A stretch of 64,000 bases of DNA from Balanoglossus misakiensis (Eukaryota > Animalia > Hemichordata), in the NCBI GenBank assembly GCA_040954595.2, contig CM082589.2, positions 6,693,186 to 6,757,185 of the forward strand, given 5' to 3'. The notes beneath the pieces are model-generated. The model saw only the letters and a list, made by a program, of their open reading frames with translations, made no database searches and had not been told where the DNA came from. The number at the start of each line of letters is the position of its first letter. Position 1 is the first letter of the stretch. Below are positions 50,993-64,000 of this stretch, piece after piece. A program made the translations under genes and the position numbers.

Positions 50993-53449
50993 TCCATCCA
51001 TCATTATGATATATTTAGTTTGCAGCTAGTGCTAATGCCTTGTGTTCACATTGCTTTTATTTTTCGAATGAAGAATCCTCCATTTCTTTTTTCTTTCTTT
51101 TCCCATGTCATTCTTTCTGTTGTTGGTAGTGGGGGCATGTTTAATATAGCGCTTTATGTTTGCAAATGTTTCCACTCAAGCCTGCCTGATATTTAAAAAA
51201 AATTTAATATCAAACTCTAAATTCCATCATGCATCACATTGCATGATAAACAGAACCTCCCATACATTTTTGTTGTAGTCTAAACGTGGCCAGGTCACCT
51301 CGATTGCCCTCGATTGTCAGAGATGCAGGAGTTTTCGCACGTACATTGTCTGTCCTGTTCGCCTAAAATTCCTATTCAAGGGTATTTTAATGATGTGATG
51401 TGGGAGTCTGTTTCTCAGAAATCCATGTAGCGAACTCTCCCGTGTTTCGACACTGAAAAAGCTTCCTCCACCCGGCGGGCATGGATCCTGCCTCCCACGT
51501 GAACCTGGTGTGTCGGTCGGCCCGACATTGCGGGGTTCGTCTCGACGTGAGAGCAGCCCCGACGAACGTTAAAAACCCCCTCGGCGTTGTGTGTGACAGG
51601 GGGTCCGGCAGGAAATTGCCCGAAAGCAAAAGGATGCTGCTGCTGTACCACTGGCAGCCTGAAATTGTCAGTTTAATCAACCCCTTGAAAGGCTGCCATG
51701 GAAATGACAGATGCTTTAAGTACACGTCTTAAGTAGTGCATGATGGGAAATCTCCAAGTATGTCAGAAAAGACTGTGTGTGTGTGTTTTTTTTTCCGTCT
51801 GTGGCCGTTACAAAAGGCCCGACTTACAGTTGCAGTATTACTTATCGTCCCGTGTGAATAAGACAACAAAGCAAGACAAGAAATTCAGATGAGATCTGCA
51901 GTGTTGGATTTTGTGTTCCATACAAATTCAGAGGTGCTCATTTAGAATTGTGTTCTAGATCTTCCCCAAAACCTCTCAATTTAGATATTAGTGTCGTAGC
52001 CTACGATTGCTGCATTTCAGCTATTCAAGGGGGGAAAGTTATACTCCATACTGCTATTCAACTCACATTTTCTTGTAGTTTTATATGTGTAGTGTACCAA
52101 TTGCGACAAAGGTCAAAGGTGATTTTCACCGAAGCAGTTAAATTTCCCCGTTCTTTAGATTGGAGAAAGTACCATTGGATAATTGGTAAGAAAAGTGATA
52201 TCGAACAAATGGCGAAAAATATCTGAGACGATAAAATGGGATTTTCAAAAAAGAGAAATTCAAAGTGGTTGCATTGGAAATGGATCCCAAGATGGTTTGG
52301 ATTTTTAGATATGCATGTATTACTTGTTCTGTTCACGTATTTCAGAGCATCCCCATGGAGATGTATGAAAATGGTATCAAAGTTGATCTAAATTTGTTAC
52401 CACTGGTATCAAATCTGGGGACTGCACTTTACAACAGATGGATTGCCAGATACAGTGACCGATAAAACGTTCCCCAAATTTGTCCGACAAGAGCTAATCT
52501 GATGGGAATGTAAATGCGGTGATAACTTCAAAAAACGCTGTCGTGGTCTCCTGCAACCACGGTGTTTGTTCTCGGGGGCTTGTCACTCGTCAGTTTTTTG
52601 CTGCTCTGCCAAGAATAATAAAAAATAAGCCATGTGAAAAAAGGCACAGAAATGCGCCAAATAAATTACATATGCCGCTCATGCAAGCATTGTCACGCAT
52701 GGACTGCTATGAGAATTTTTCGCACAGAGAAACTGCTGTCATTACCACCACTGAAACGTTCACGGATTTTCAACCTCAAAGAAGGGTACCACTTTATAAT
52801 AATAAATGGAGGGTCATCTACATGTAGTTACATGTAGTAAGCCATACATAAGCCATACATACAACCTGGCCAAATCTTTAATAACTTTCTTTGTTCTATT
52901 ATTTTTGAACCTGCTGAACTGAAAACGCCTTAGCTGGAACAATTAGACACTTGTGTGCGATTAATTGTAAAACCACAACGCTTAAGTGAGAGTAATTTGG
53001 GATCTAGTTTGAATAAAAAACCACCTACACTGGAAATCTAGTGATCTGTGTCATACCAGCACACAACCTGACAATTTCCAACCCTCTGCTTTTCAAAACG
53101 TCCCGAATAAGACGTGGATCTATTAAAATATATCATAAGTAAGACGGGTACCAGAATATCAAACAGAAATGTTTGTATTTCACAGCATCGGTATTGTCAG
53201 TGTAATTTTGAACTAAAATGGAAAGATTGTGGCATACCGTTGTAAAATTTAGATGAGGTAAGTTCCTTGGCTTGTCCTGGATTTTGAGACACTGGTGGTG
53301 TGACTTCACAACCATGAACCAAACAGTTCCACGTTCGAAGGGCCAGTAATGTCCATCACACACAGAAACTCCAGTTCTCAAAGGATTGTTCCAGCTTCAG
53401 AATTAGCTGCGAGAATTGTAATAATTAGTCAAATCAGATGAAAAAATAT

Positions 53450-53503
53450 CCACATTGCAGTATGTTAAAATGAAACCCACATTGCAGTATGTTAAAATGA
53501 AAC
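53450..53503. repeat. Perfect 27-bp tandem duplication
   Basis: CCACATTGCAGTATGTTAAAATGAAAC present twice. Confidence 0.95.
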
Positions 53504-55113
53504 GGCAGCTTTGTGTTTTGCTGGTGAGTACATGGCATTTGTGTTTAGACGGGACGAACGTAGTAACATAGGGAGAGCGACTGCAACCCGATAGCGAACG
53601 TTCGACGTGGATTTTTTTTCTTCATGAAAGAAAGGCTTGGGCGACAAAGATACTGTGGTGTAAATGTTGTTAGTGTCTTTCTCCTGCCTCCTTTTACCCC
53701 ATGTTCTTTGTATGATATGTGTTAATTTCTGGAATTGTTGGGTATCGTGTGACAGTCGGGTCTGAAGTTACTTGGCTGTGGATCCAGTTAACCTGGCTGG
53801 GTGTAGAGTGTCAGTGTGTGTTGTAAACAGATCCAGTCCCCTCTGTCCACCATTGCGTGGTGTTGTTGATTTCACCGCGCTCTGGCAGACGGCAATTTCC
53901 ACCACGGCCATCGCCAAGCTCTCCCCGACTCGTGTGTTTTTTTTCTCGGCGCGCTGATCTGGCTGTTGTGTACATTGTAGCTCGGGGAGAAAGGGGTATA
54001 TATTTTATATTTTCTGATTTGTACTTTTGTGTAGACCTTTGTGATAGACAGGATTGGGTGCTGTCCTCGTGATTAAAAGACTCGAGATCTAGCCAGGTAC
54101 AAAGCTAATGGCGAGGTTAGTGTGAATGTTCTAGTTGGTAAGATCTGACTCAGATTTCACTGCCACACAAGTGCCCTTGACTGAACTACAAGAGTGGTGA
54201 GATTTAGCTGTGTTTGTGCAAAAAATATCCTACAGGAGAGATTTTCTTGTGATAATTAATTTTTCTGGTACTCTGTGTGCAGAATACATTTCGCCTTTCC
54301 ATGAAGTCTTCTAGATCGCACTCAGTGCGTTTTTCCGACTTTTCAAAAACCCATGAGTCATTGAAACGGATCTTGTACTAAAACCACTAAATCCATACGT
54401 AATTGACCAAAAAATCTACATCAGGAAAAAAAAATGGGGGAGAGTTTAAACCACTGAGAATATAAAGTGATCGGTTCTGAGGTGAAGCTTTTGCTGGGAT
54501 AAAACCAATCCAAGTCGTCTAGTGGAATTTACATGTAGATTAGAACGGCTGACAGTTGCTAGATAACAAGCTTTTAGCAATGAAGACCCCAAAAAACACT
54601 GGCAAAACAAAAATCAATGAACTCAGATCAAGGAAGGCAATGCAAATTACATTTGTATGGGCTAGTAAATGACTAGGTTTTTTTTTTCCTCTCTCTTCGC
54701 TGGTCACAGTCTAATGTTTCTGGTCGGATTTGCTCAGTTTCGAATTCCACTCTTACAGCTAAGGTTTCCATCATGAATTTTTCATTCGCTGAGTAATTTT
54801 CTTCGGCAGCAGGGCAGCGACTTCCCCCTTCTGATTGGCGTTGGTGAATTTTAAGGCTACGGGGAAATTTGCATAGGAGGGGGCAGTCCCTGGTTTGTCG
54901 CTCGACGTACCCTGGGATGTGTGTGCGGGTTTTTTGTTGTTGTGTTATTGAGGTTCTGTGACATGTGAGTTCGTGAGCCCCTGGTTCTTCTCCCTGCCCC
55001 GGTCGCTGCCGTCATCTTCTTTGTACTTCGAACAGCTTCATTGGATCATTTGCGAGAAGCGTTGCTGTCACCGACATTATCGTTCGACCCGCCGTTGATT
55101 TGCGTCGACGTCA

Positions 55114-55164
55114 ATGGAGGTGGTCAACCCATGTTTTCTGGAATACTGTCATTGTAACCTAAAT
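55114..55164 (+). CDS. Possible alternative first coding segment (MEVVNPCFLEYCHCNLN); exon 55036-55164
   Basis: Pyrimidine tract plus CAG at 55035, first ATG of the exon at 55114, GTAGGT donor in phase 0, and promoter-like motifs at 54831-54886. Confidence 0.35.
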
Positions 55165-58100
55165 GTAGGTAATATACATTATCATTTCTGTAATGTCCAA
55201 GTTTCGCAAGAAACTGCATGTTATTTTCTCTCTCTCAAAAATACACAACTGTTTTACATAATTTAATCCTTCTCTTAAGTTTCAGCAGTTTTTATCAAAT
55301 ATTATTTTGGGGTATTGATTCCACATCGCCATACTTTTGAAAATTTCATTTGAAAATTTAATCTTTCCCCCATGCAAGCTTTTTCAGGTTTCAATAAAGC
55401 AAGATGGTTATTGTATTGCATTTGTGTTTAAAATGTAAAAATTACTTTCTATTACTTTGTCAGTTTTTTGGTCTCATTGAAAATTTGTACTGACTACGAA
55501 ACATGGTTTTGTTAATGTTTTACATTATCTTTGCCTAATCATCATCATTTTTACCAGAAGTTAATTTCTTTTGTAAGTTCATTGATATTTATAATTTGTA
55601 AATGCCACATCTTGCACCTAAAGTTTAAAAAAAAGGGATTTTCTTACTTTTTGTAAGTGAGTTTATCTTATGTTTTCTCATTGTTACAACTTGAAACTGG
55701 TGTCAATTTGCTGACAGTTTTTACACACAAAACTAAGTGAAGGTACATTGTGTAAAGTTGTGACCTATGTCGTTGTCTGCAATAACTTGCAACTTGTTTC
55801 ATGAAAACTTAGAGACAGAATCATGTCTTGCCAACAAAGACTTAAACTCACAGGAAGTATAGTTTTCCAGGTCAAATCAACAAATGTCATTTTCTTAGAC
55901 ATTTTGTGAAACTACATGTATTGCACGTCGGAAAGTTTCGATTCCTTGCTGAGCCAGTGGTATTTCTGTCCGAGGAATTTTCAAATAGCTCGTGGATATT
56001 TGCGTTCTAAGGACAGCGAGCAGTTGTGGGTATTGACAACTTGACATAACCAGGCTTATGTCTATTTGTAGATCGTGAGTGGTTAAGACGGTCGATTGCT
56101 GTTAATAGCCGAAAAACGGCCACATAATTAGAGCTCGTCAAACTAGTCTGGGTTTTGATGTAAGGTGAAAACTAGCTGTTTGCCGACATCTCTCCCAATA
56201 GCATGTTGTAGTATTTTGTGTTGTGTTGACTGTGAACTGAATACTCCGTGAATATTGTGGCGGTTCTTTTCTTCGCGACGGTTTTGTAGTGTGTGTCCGG
56301 GTGTGTTCTGCAGTTTGACTTTCCCATTGAGCCGGAGACATTAGTCGTGTTTACCGTGTTATTTTCTGCCGAGGCCCTTTCATTTTGTCTCGCCGCCATT
56401 GTTACCTGTGCAAGCAGACCGGGGTTGAGTCGGTCCACTGTTGGGGCTCTGTTCGCGCGAGTTCTGATCTCTCGGCCGGTTTCATCTTTCTGGTGATTTG
56501 TTGGGGGGTTTCTCTGTGAACCCTTGTGTCATGTTGAGCTGAATGACGGACCGCTGTGCGTCCTTTTTGTCTCTCGACGTTCAGCTGGACTTGGGGCGGA
56601 CGTCAAGCCCACCCGCCCGCCCGCCACCTTCAATGTCTCTTCTTTCTATAACCTTCCCGGCTCAGCTCAGCCAGAAACAACCTAGAGTTGACGTTAGCTA
56701 TCGCAATTAGGGGACAAAAGGAGAGGGCGGTTAGCCTTTCAAATCCAACAAAACACTTCAAATTGTCCGTATTGTGAAGGATTAACATCTGACCAACTCC
56801 AGACATGACAGAAAACCCCCAACCTTTTGTCTGCTTTCTTTGGCTTGATCGCAGAATCTAGCATCACACATTTCGTGTCATATCCCATTCCCTATTATAC
56901 AAATTCAGTTTCTTCTGATATTTTCATCAGTTTTCTACTTTTTCGCTCCTAATGTACAAAACATTTATTTTCACATGTTAGTTTCAGGGAACATATCCAC
57001 TGGTTAAACCCCAGCAAACTCGGAGATTCTCAAAGCCGGTGTCGAATAAACTTTGCGCAAGTGCTCGATCCTGTACTTGTTGATATATGTCTCCACATTA
57101 CAGAGAACATGATTGAGGATGCATGAGTCAGTCTCTATCAAGAGTGAAACTCGTTTGATATCGTATGTTTGATGACTTTTATTGTTGGCAGGGGACAGAA
57201 CATCAGGTTTTTTTTAAGGAGGACTTTGTACGCTGAAGAACGAAAACAACTCGGTTGGGAGGGAAACTCAACTTTGCAGGAGAGGTTATTTGACGAGTGA
57301 CCCCCACGGTTTCGGGTTCGGAAGATATCTTCGCGCAGCCAAGTTAAATTTAGCAGTGACGTGATGTCCCTTTTCACCTTTTGTTCAGAAACCGTAGTGT
57401 CTCCTCTTTGAACTCCCCCCTGTATTAACATATTTTTTTTTGGAGATCCAGATAAACTTTGTAGTCTGGGATCATCCAGTTTTCTTGGGGGACGTCTCTG
57501 AAATTAGTCGTCAGGTGTCGCCTCGGTTGTTGACCCGTGGAAAAATCGACCGTTTCTTGAACCTCCTGCCGTGCGCTTGGCAGAGAGGAAGAGACAGAGA
57601 AGTCGAATTCTCTGCTTTGGGGGAAATCATGACCTCGTTTTCTGATGTTGGCAGACTCCCTGTTGACTCTCTGGTGCTGTGATGGGCGAAGAAACTGTCA
57701 CTTTGACTCATCATCCTATCCAGTCTCAACTTCGCTGCTTTGGTGTACGACAGAGAAAAGTTTACATAATTTTCTGTCAAAATTGACAACTGTTCACGGA
57801 TTGAGTAATGTCAGACTTTTTTTAAAGATCCAAACATTTTTAATTTTCAACGTGAAATTTTTTTCACTAAAAGAATTTTGGAGTCGGATTAACATGCAGA
57901 TATTCAAATTCCTTTTTAAATTCAAATGAAAACAAAACTGGAAGGTGAAAGTGTCACAAAATGCAGCATGTCAAGTTTTCGACAACCCAAGTCAGCAGAG
58001 TTTGTTACTTAGCATAATGGTAGTCAAAATGATTCTAAATCTGACACACATGGTTTGATATGGAGGTCCTTGAAGTGAATGTGCAGCTGTATGCAAAATG

Positions 58101-61100
58101 AAACAGTGAAATACCTGCAAGCATTATCACACGTTTTTCATCGTTTTGCTTCAACCTTTTTATTTGAAAAATAAAACCAAGCACAAACACAAAGATGTCA
58201 ACATGACTTTTTAAGAAAACGGGTAAAGTATATTTAAGATAAGAACTGTAAGAATTGTTGATTATTATAAAATTTGTTGTTTTATTTAACAGAAACAAAA
58301 AGACCTTCTTTCGGATATATTGCGCTTGAGTTTTCAAAGGAAGATTTTTTCTGAGTGCTTGGAGGCTGCAATTGAGCTGTGAGAATTTTCTGAGGTTTGT
58401 CTCGACGGCATTATGAAAATGTGACAGTTTTACTATAAGCCCATTTAGTACAGCCAACACTACCCCAAGATATGGCTGGCTTGACCATTCATTTTGCGGT
58501 GCTTTGGAAAAATGGCTCCTGGTCGCGGACATTGTGGTATATAGCGATATTACTAGAGTTTCCATACCTTGCAGGGATCTTAAAGCTAAGTTGTTTCACT
58601 CGTGAAGCGCGGCTGAATACGCGAGTCTTTGTTTTTCATTGTGTCTTTGATTACAAGTGTTGCCATTTGAAGTAGTTTCTGCTTGTGCCGCGACTGTGAG
58701 TTTGCGTTGAAGGATTTGGAGGGGAAAAAAGAGAGCCTAAGAAAGCGATCAACAGTCTTGCCGGCAATTTACGGGCCCCAGTTCTGAGCTGTCTGTTGTT
58801 GCCATGATACTCTGCGAGTGAAAACCAAGTCTTGAATTCTGAAAGTGGATATCTGGTCGACTGGGGAACCCCCCCCTGAAAGGTTACCGAGGTTTATACC
58901 TGATTAACCTTCCAAATTCATGAATAATTGGTGGGATTTCGTTCTGACCCAGGACGTAGTTGCGGGGGAAAAAATGCCAGTATGGGTTTTAGAGGGGTAA
59001 CCTGCGTTTGTTCGCTTAGGAAATATCCACATTCGATAGAGAATCAAGATTTCTCAGCGTTCGTGTGTTTTGATGTCTGGCAGGCCCGACTGAACAATGA
59101 GACAAACTGAACCACTTAAACTTGAGAAAGGTACACCCATTTCTATTTTCTGGTCAGGTATGTTGGGTTTGCCAAAGGGGGTTTCTGAATGGGTTCGAGG
59201 GCTTGACCCGGGGGGCCTCTTGTTTTTTGTTGTTCGCCGTTTGGGTCTCCTCCACTAGTGCACCCAGTGTACCACTTCACCGTGTGCGTGCGTGCGTTTG
59301 TTTTATGGAGTTCTTCTCCTCTCCTCCTGTTTGTATCTTTTTCTCAAGTCCCTCGAATCGTGGGATTCCCGCTGTCACCCTTCACTGGTGTTTGCGCAAA
59401 CCCGGCCGACAGTCCAGTCCACACACACACACCCGGGGAATATTATAAGTCGTAATGTTGACATGGCCGACCACTAGCGTCTCTGTGTGGTGTGAATCTT
59501 TTCCCGGCCGTTTAGACAAGGTGTGACGTGGACAGGTAAGTCTGTAGAATATCTGCGGTTTGCAGCTTTTGTGTTTCTTCTGCACGACGTTGGAAGACAG
59601 AAACTGACCGCAGTGAGTTGCTGTATAAATCATAACAGTGCACCAATTTTACTCGGTTTTCCGGACATGCCGAATGAAGTGGGAGCTTATAATCTTCCTG
59701 GTTGGTTTTATCCCCTGTGAAAAAAAATAAGCGTCTTTATTCCATTAGCAGAAAGTTTGACCGGTCGGTCGGTCGGTCTGTCGGTTCTCTGGGAATCCAG
59801 AAACCCAGACCTCGCAGAGAAATCATTTCTACGGTAACAGGGGATTACAAGGCGCTTTTGGAAGCTGCAAAAACAATTACCGATGAATAATTGGCTGTAG
59901 TTTTATCCCCAAATCACACCACGGTTGAATTGAGCAAATGAATCGCTTGATGTGAGGGAAAGATAAACACCTTCCCCTGCGACAGGAATGCGCCAACAAT
60001 AGATTCCGACTTGTCGGGTTAAGAAACGGTGAAGGGTGCGTTTATTTTTGTGTAACTAGGTCTCTACCAACATGGCGCTGGCTTGAGTTTTGCTCATTGT
60101 GGATTCCCAGCAAGTATGTTCGGTACTTTTTTCTTTTTAAGGAGAGAGAGAGTGGACTCTTGAAACATCGGCAAATAGCTTCTCTATGTTCTCATACGTT
60201 TAAAAACAAAAAAGGAAGAAAAATCGGAGTGTAGTTCTTGTTACGGTGCCCAAAGTTTTTGTTGTCAGAATGCAATTTTTTGTCATCTGAACATGTTTTA
60301 CAGGTAGAGACAATTATGTTGTTGTTGAAAAGTGAACCAGATAGTTTTGTCAATAGCTACATCAGCATTTTCAGTGGAGCTGACTAATTCAGTTTTCTGT
60401 CGCTGTTTTTTCAGACAGACACCACGCTTGGTAAAGCCAAAACATATTTATACAAAAAAGTGAATTGTTTTTCATAAGGAGCCTTTCTGTGAATTTTTCA
60501 TGGAGTTAGTAACCTGCAAAACTCAGAAGAATATCAAGATATTACCAACTTTCTTGACCAGCGAGAAAAACAACATTTTCTCTCTCTCAAGAAATGTTAA
60601 ACTTGCCAGGGACACAATTCACCATGAAATTGGCAAAGCATGAAGTGAAGGTGAAAATATCTTCGAAAAAATTGCTACGGGCAATAATTTGAAATCCCTA
60701 ACCCTTGTTACTGTTGTGAAAGATATCCCTTGAATTAAAAAAACACACAACATTTTAGTTTTACCTGTAATACTCGGCTAGATCTAATCCAAGGGCAGAG
60801 GGTTACAATTATCGGCTGTTCTGTATTTTGCAGCTGAGTGATTTTGCTTTCTTTAAAAGTTTACTACTAGAGAAAGTGGATTTTCATGTCTGTGCTCACA
60901 GGGAACTTGAAACAAAGGTGTTACATGCCCGGCTTGTGTGGGCAGCTTCCCTGTTGGTGAGAAAACAAAGACCTTGGTAAGTGTGGAGTGATTTGTTGTC
61001 GTTCTGAAGGTGATCGTTTTCACACTTTCCGTTGATTTACGGGAGCAAGTGTCTCGCAGTCTGATTCTGTACATAAACTGTTTACCTACTACAGGCATTC

Positions 61101-64000
61101 TCATACTTATTACCTTCGCCTTGTCGTCGGGAGAGCCCACATGTGAGTACAACCAGTCTCGAAATGAAAACCAAACCTGAACGTTAATGTTTGCAACAGG
61201 TAGAACATTTTTACCAAATTCTCGCTCGGCGGTTTGCAAGATTCATCGCAAGCATGAGTTCGGACATGATAATTCTGTTTGCACAGTCTCACCAAGGTCC
61301 AGTCATCGGCCGTTGTATAAACTTGTTTTCTTTGTGAACACTGTTGTCCACCACAAAACTGTGATAAAAAATTCAGTTGCAGACAAACCATTCACAATAT
61401 TTTCTGTTTTTTGACAAGATTTCTAAATATTTTTTATGAGAACTCTTCTGATGTTACCTTTTGGTTCAGTTTATACCTCATCGTAACCTTTTATCGTTTG
61501 TGGTGCGGCAGTTTTATTTTTGTTCTATTAAAAAATATAAATACCCCTGAGCACCAACAAGAACAAACGGGTCACCCTTTATCCCAAAATGATGAATTGT
61601 TTTAATATCTCTCAATGGTCTTGGTTATAATTAGTGTTTTTTTAATTTCCACATTGTCAATGAAATGCGATGATTGGCAGGTCTTAATTAACAGACCTGA
61701 ACAATTGATCTGGGGTCTAATGAAACGATGCGAAATTGGTAGATGGAGCGTATTCCTTTGTCAATGCCAAAGGAATAACTGGCAGTTCGGATTAGAACGG
61801 ACAGCAGCTGTTGATTTGTTATTTAGTTCCTCTGCAGTGTGGTTACTGCATTTGCTGTTCCGTTCCTGGAAACATGTTGCAATGTCCAATTGTTCTGGAT
61901 TTTGAAAAAAGTGCACGACATAACTTATGCATGATGTCCAATCGACCAACTGAACTCTCGATATTTTGACAATACACCAAGGAGACACACAGTAAAAGTA
62001 ATCCGCAAACTTTTAATACTGAAGTTATTGCCGCTGCCCAATTAACAGCTTTTTCCTTCGACACAATATTGTTGTTAATAAACTTTTTCCTCGTCATTGT
62101 TTCTGCTGGGTCAGGTTACAATTTCATATCCATACTCTGCCCGCAGTCATCGATGAATCATTCTTGCTTCATTGCTACCGTCATATTTTATCCACGCCCG
62201 GCTTGCGATGAGCTTGCTTGTCGTGCCAGAAAGTGTCTTTTTTTTCCTCCTCGACTGTCTTGTAACAGGAATGTAACTGTATTTTTATAAAGAGTCCTTG
62301 TCCTTTGCTGTGGGGATAGTTGGGAAAGTGTAACTGAATACACACGCAGAAATAAATTCTGTGGAATGTGCCAGTTGAAATGGAAGATGATTTCTTCTTT
62401 TTCTTTTTGCTGTGTAGAATACAGTCAGCAGCTTACATGCAGTTGTGGGTGGTTTGGCTTGAATCGAACTAGTTTAAATGTGTACTCTAAGAATTACTAG
62501 ATGCCCACGTAAATGTACCTCAGGTGAATTTGCTATCATGATCATTTCATGTTGCAAAGCTAAAACAGTTTTGTGCTTTTTTGTGATCAAAGCAAAAAAG
62601 TCATTTTGTGTAAATAACTTTGCACAGAAAGTGCTCAACAGGTATAAGATCTTAGTACATGTACGTCCACTCAACTAGAATACCCGTGGGATTCCAGGAA
62701 TTGACTCTGTTGAGAGATTCTCGTCTTCATGGAAGAAAGGGGTTTTAATTTTTAGGGATTCTTTTTTTAGGAGTAGCTTCTCATGCCTGTATTTTTCGCA
62801 CTCCTTCACCCCTGTGGCCTTGTATAATAGTCTGACCCACACCGCCATTGACAACAATAAGGTTAAACCAAGCTGTGGTGGTGAAGGTTGAACAGGAAGG
62901 TCTGAGAATCCCTGGTTTCCTTCACGTCCGAATTTCAAGAGCATGGCCCGCGAAAAAACCATGTCGAATGATGTCGCGTATTAAACCTCTTTCACTGTAT
63001 TCTTTTGCTCCGACTCTGTTGCCTTCAATGGCATTGCCGGACCTCTGAGACTGGGAAATGGGGGGTGAAAGGGTTAAGGTGTGTTGAAGCCGACTTCAGA
63101 TGTTGACACGTGATGTAGAATTCTTAACTCCCCCAAGTCTACCTGTACCGTACCCCAACTCAACCACCCAGTTCGACAGTTGCATGTGGTTCGCTCTGGA
63201 AGTCCTCCCCCCCCCCCTTGTTTTTTCTATACTCCCGCAAGAATTTGCAAATTTTAACAACATGGCAAATGTCAAACGCTGTATACGGCCTCACTCTCCC
63301 CGAGGAAATCTCCCTTGGCTCGGCGCGGCATTTTTGGCGGGTTTTTTCCAGCGCGGCTACCTGCCACATGTGTTTTAACAGCATCGCCGGCTAGTCTTGA
63401 AAACTGAGGTGCCATTTTCTGCCTGCCGTATTCTAATCCCACAGCTGTTAGTTTATTTACTCCAGATGATTTTGGAAATAAATTCTGACCTGTGAGATTA
63501 AGAGCCCTAACAACTGAATCAACACGAGAGTAGTGAAGTTCTCTTCGCAGGAAGGGAATATTTCTTTGTTGTTTGTGTTCTGCTTCAGCTGTTCTTGTTA
63601 AATGTGAAAGTTTTGATAATCCTGGCGCAGAAACGCGGGAGAAAAAAGTGTCGGGCGGGGTGGCGGGCATGTTACAAAGGTGTATAAGCAAACAATGGCC
63701 ATCTTTTGCCTCCCCAGTCAAACCAAACAGTGGTTAAGTCCCCGCGTTATTTTGATAGCATTCGTCTCCGCACCAGTGGGTTTGCAGTCTTGCCTGTAGA
63801 ATGCCGGGCTATTGTTGGTTTAAATTGAACTTTGATGATGTCAACCATTGTCTCTCGGTGGTGCTGGGATCTTTTGGATGGAAGTTGAAGGTGACGCGAG
63901 ACCGTAATCGTTAAGCGTAATCCCGTCAAGATCCCGTACGACTTTGCCGTCCATTTGCCAAGGGAAAGTATATTATAGTCAAGCGATCCGTTCATTGGGT

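Noticed and set aside
56068-56120. tRNA-like A-box (GAGTGGTTAAG)
   Set aside because: No B-box or T-arm and no cloverleaf follows.
58035-58565. 176-aa minus-strand ORF
   Set aside because: No domain-like features or exon signals; probably a chance ORF in AT-rich intron.

Overview
Eukaryotic (animal) genomic DNA. It is probably an invertebrate deuterostome, inferred from gene structure, mosaic CpG content and MITE load; the species cannot be determined. The left third holds a + strand RGS22-like gene. Twenty GT-AG coding exons (3021-18027) splice in frame to 4602 nt, or about 1533 aa plus stop. The start-codon exon is unresolved and a distal poly(A) site probably lies near 22130. An internally deleted hAT transposon (1119-2577) upstream of the first recognised exon still carries an open C-terminal transposase ORF. 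A CpG-retaining intergenic block (about 21.4-32 kb) ends in a candidate promoter at about 30.8 kb. It appears to belong to a second, unidentified, large-intron + strand gene. Only short N-terminal exons of this gene are visible (47650-47709, and a possible alternative at 55114-55164). Its introns hold a fossil MULE-like transposase, several MITE families, microsatellites and transcription-factor motif clusters. No prokaryotic-type system, CRISPR array, rRNA or tRNA was seen.
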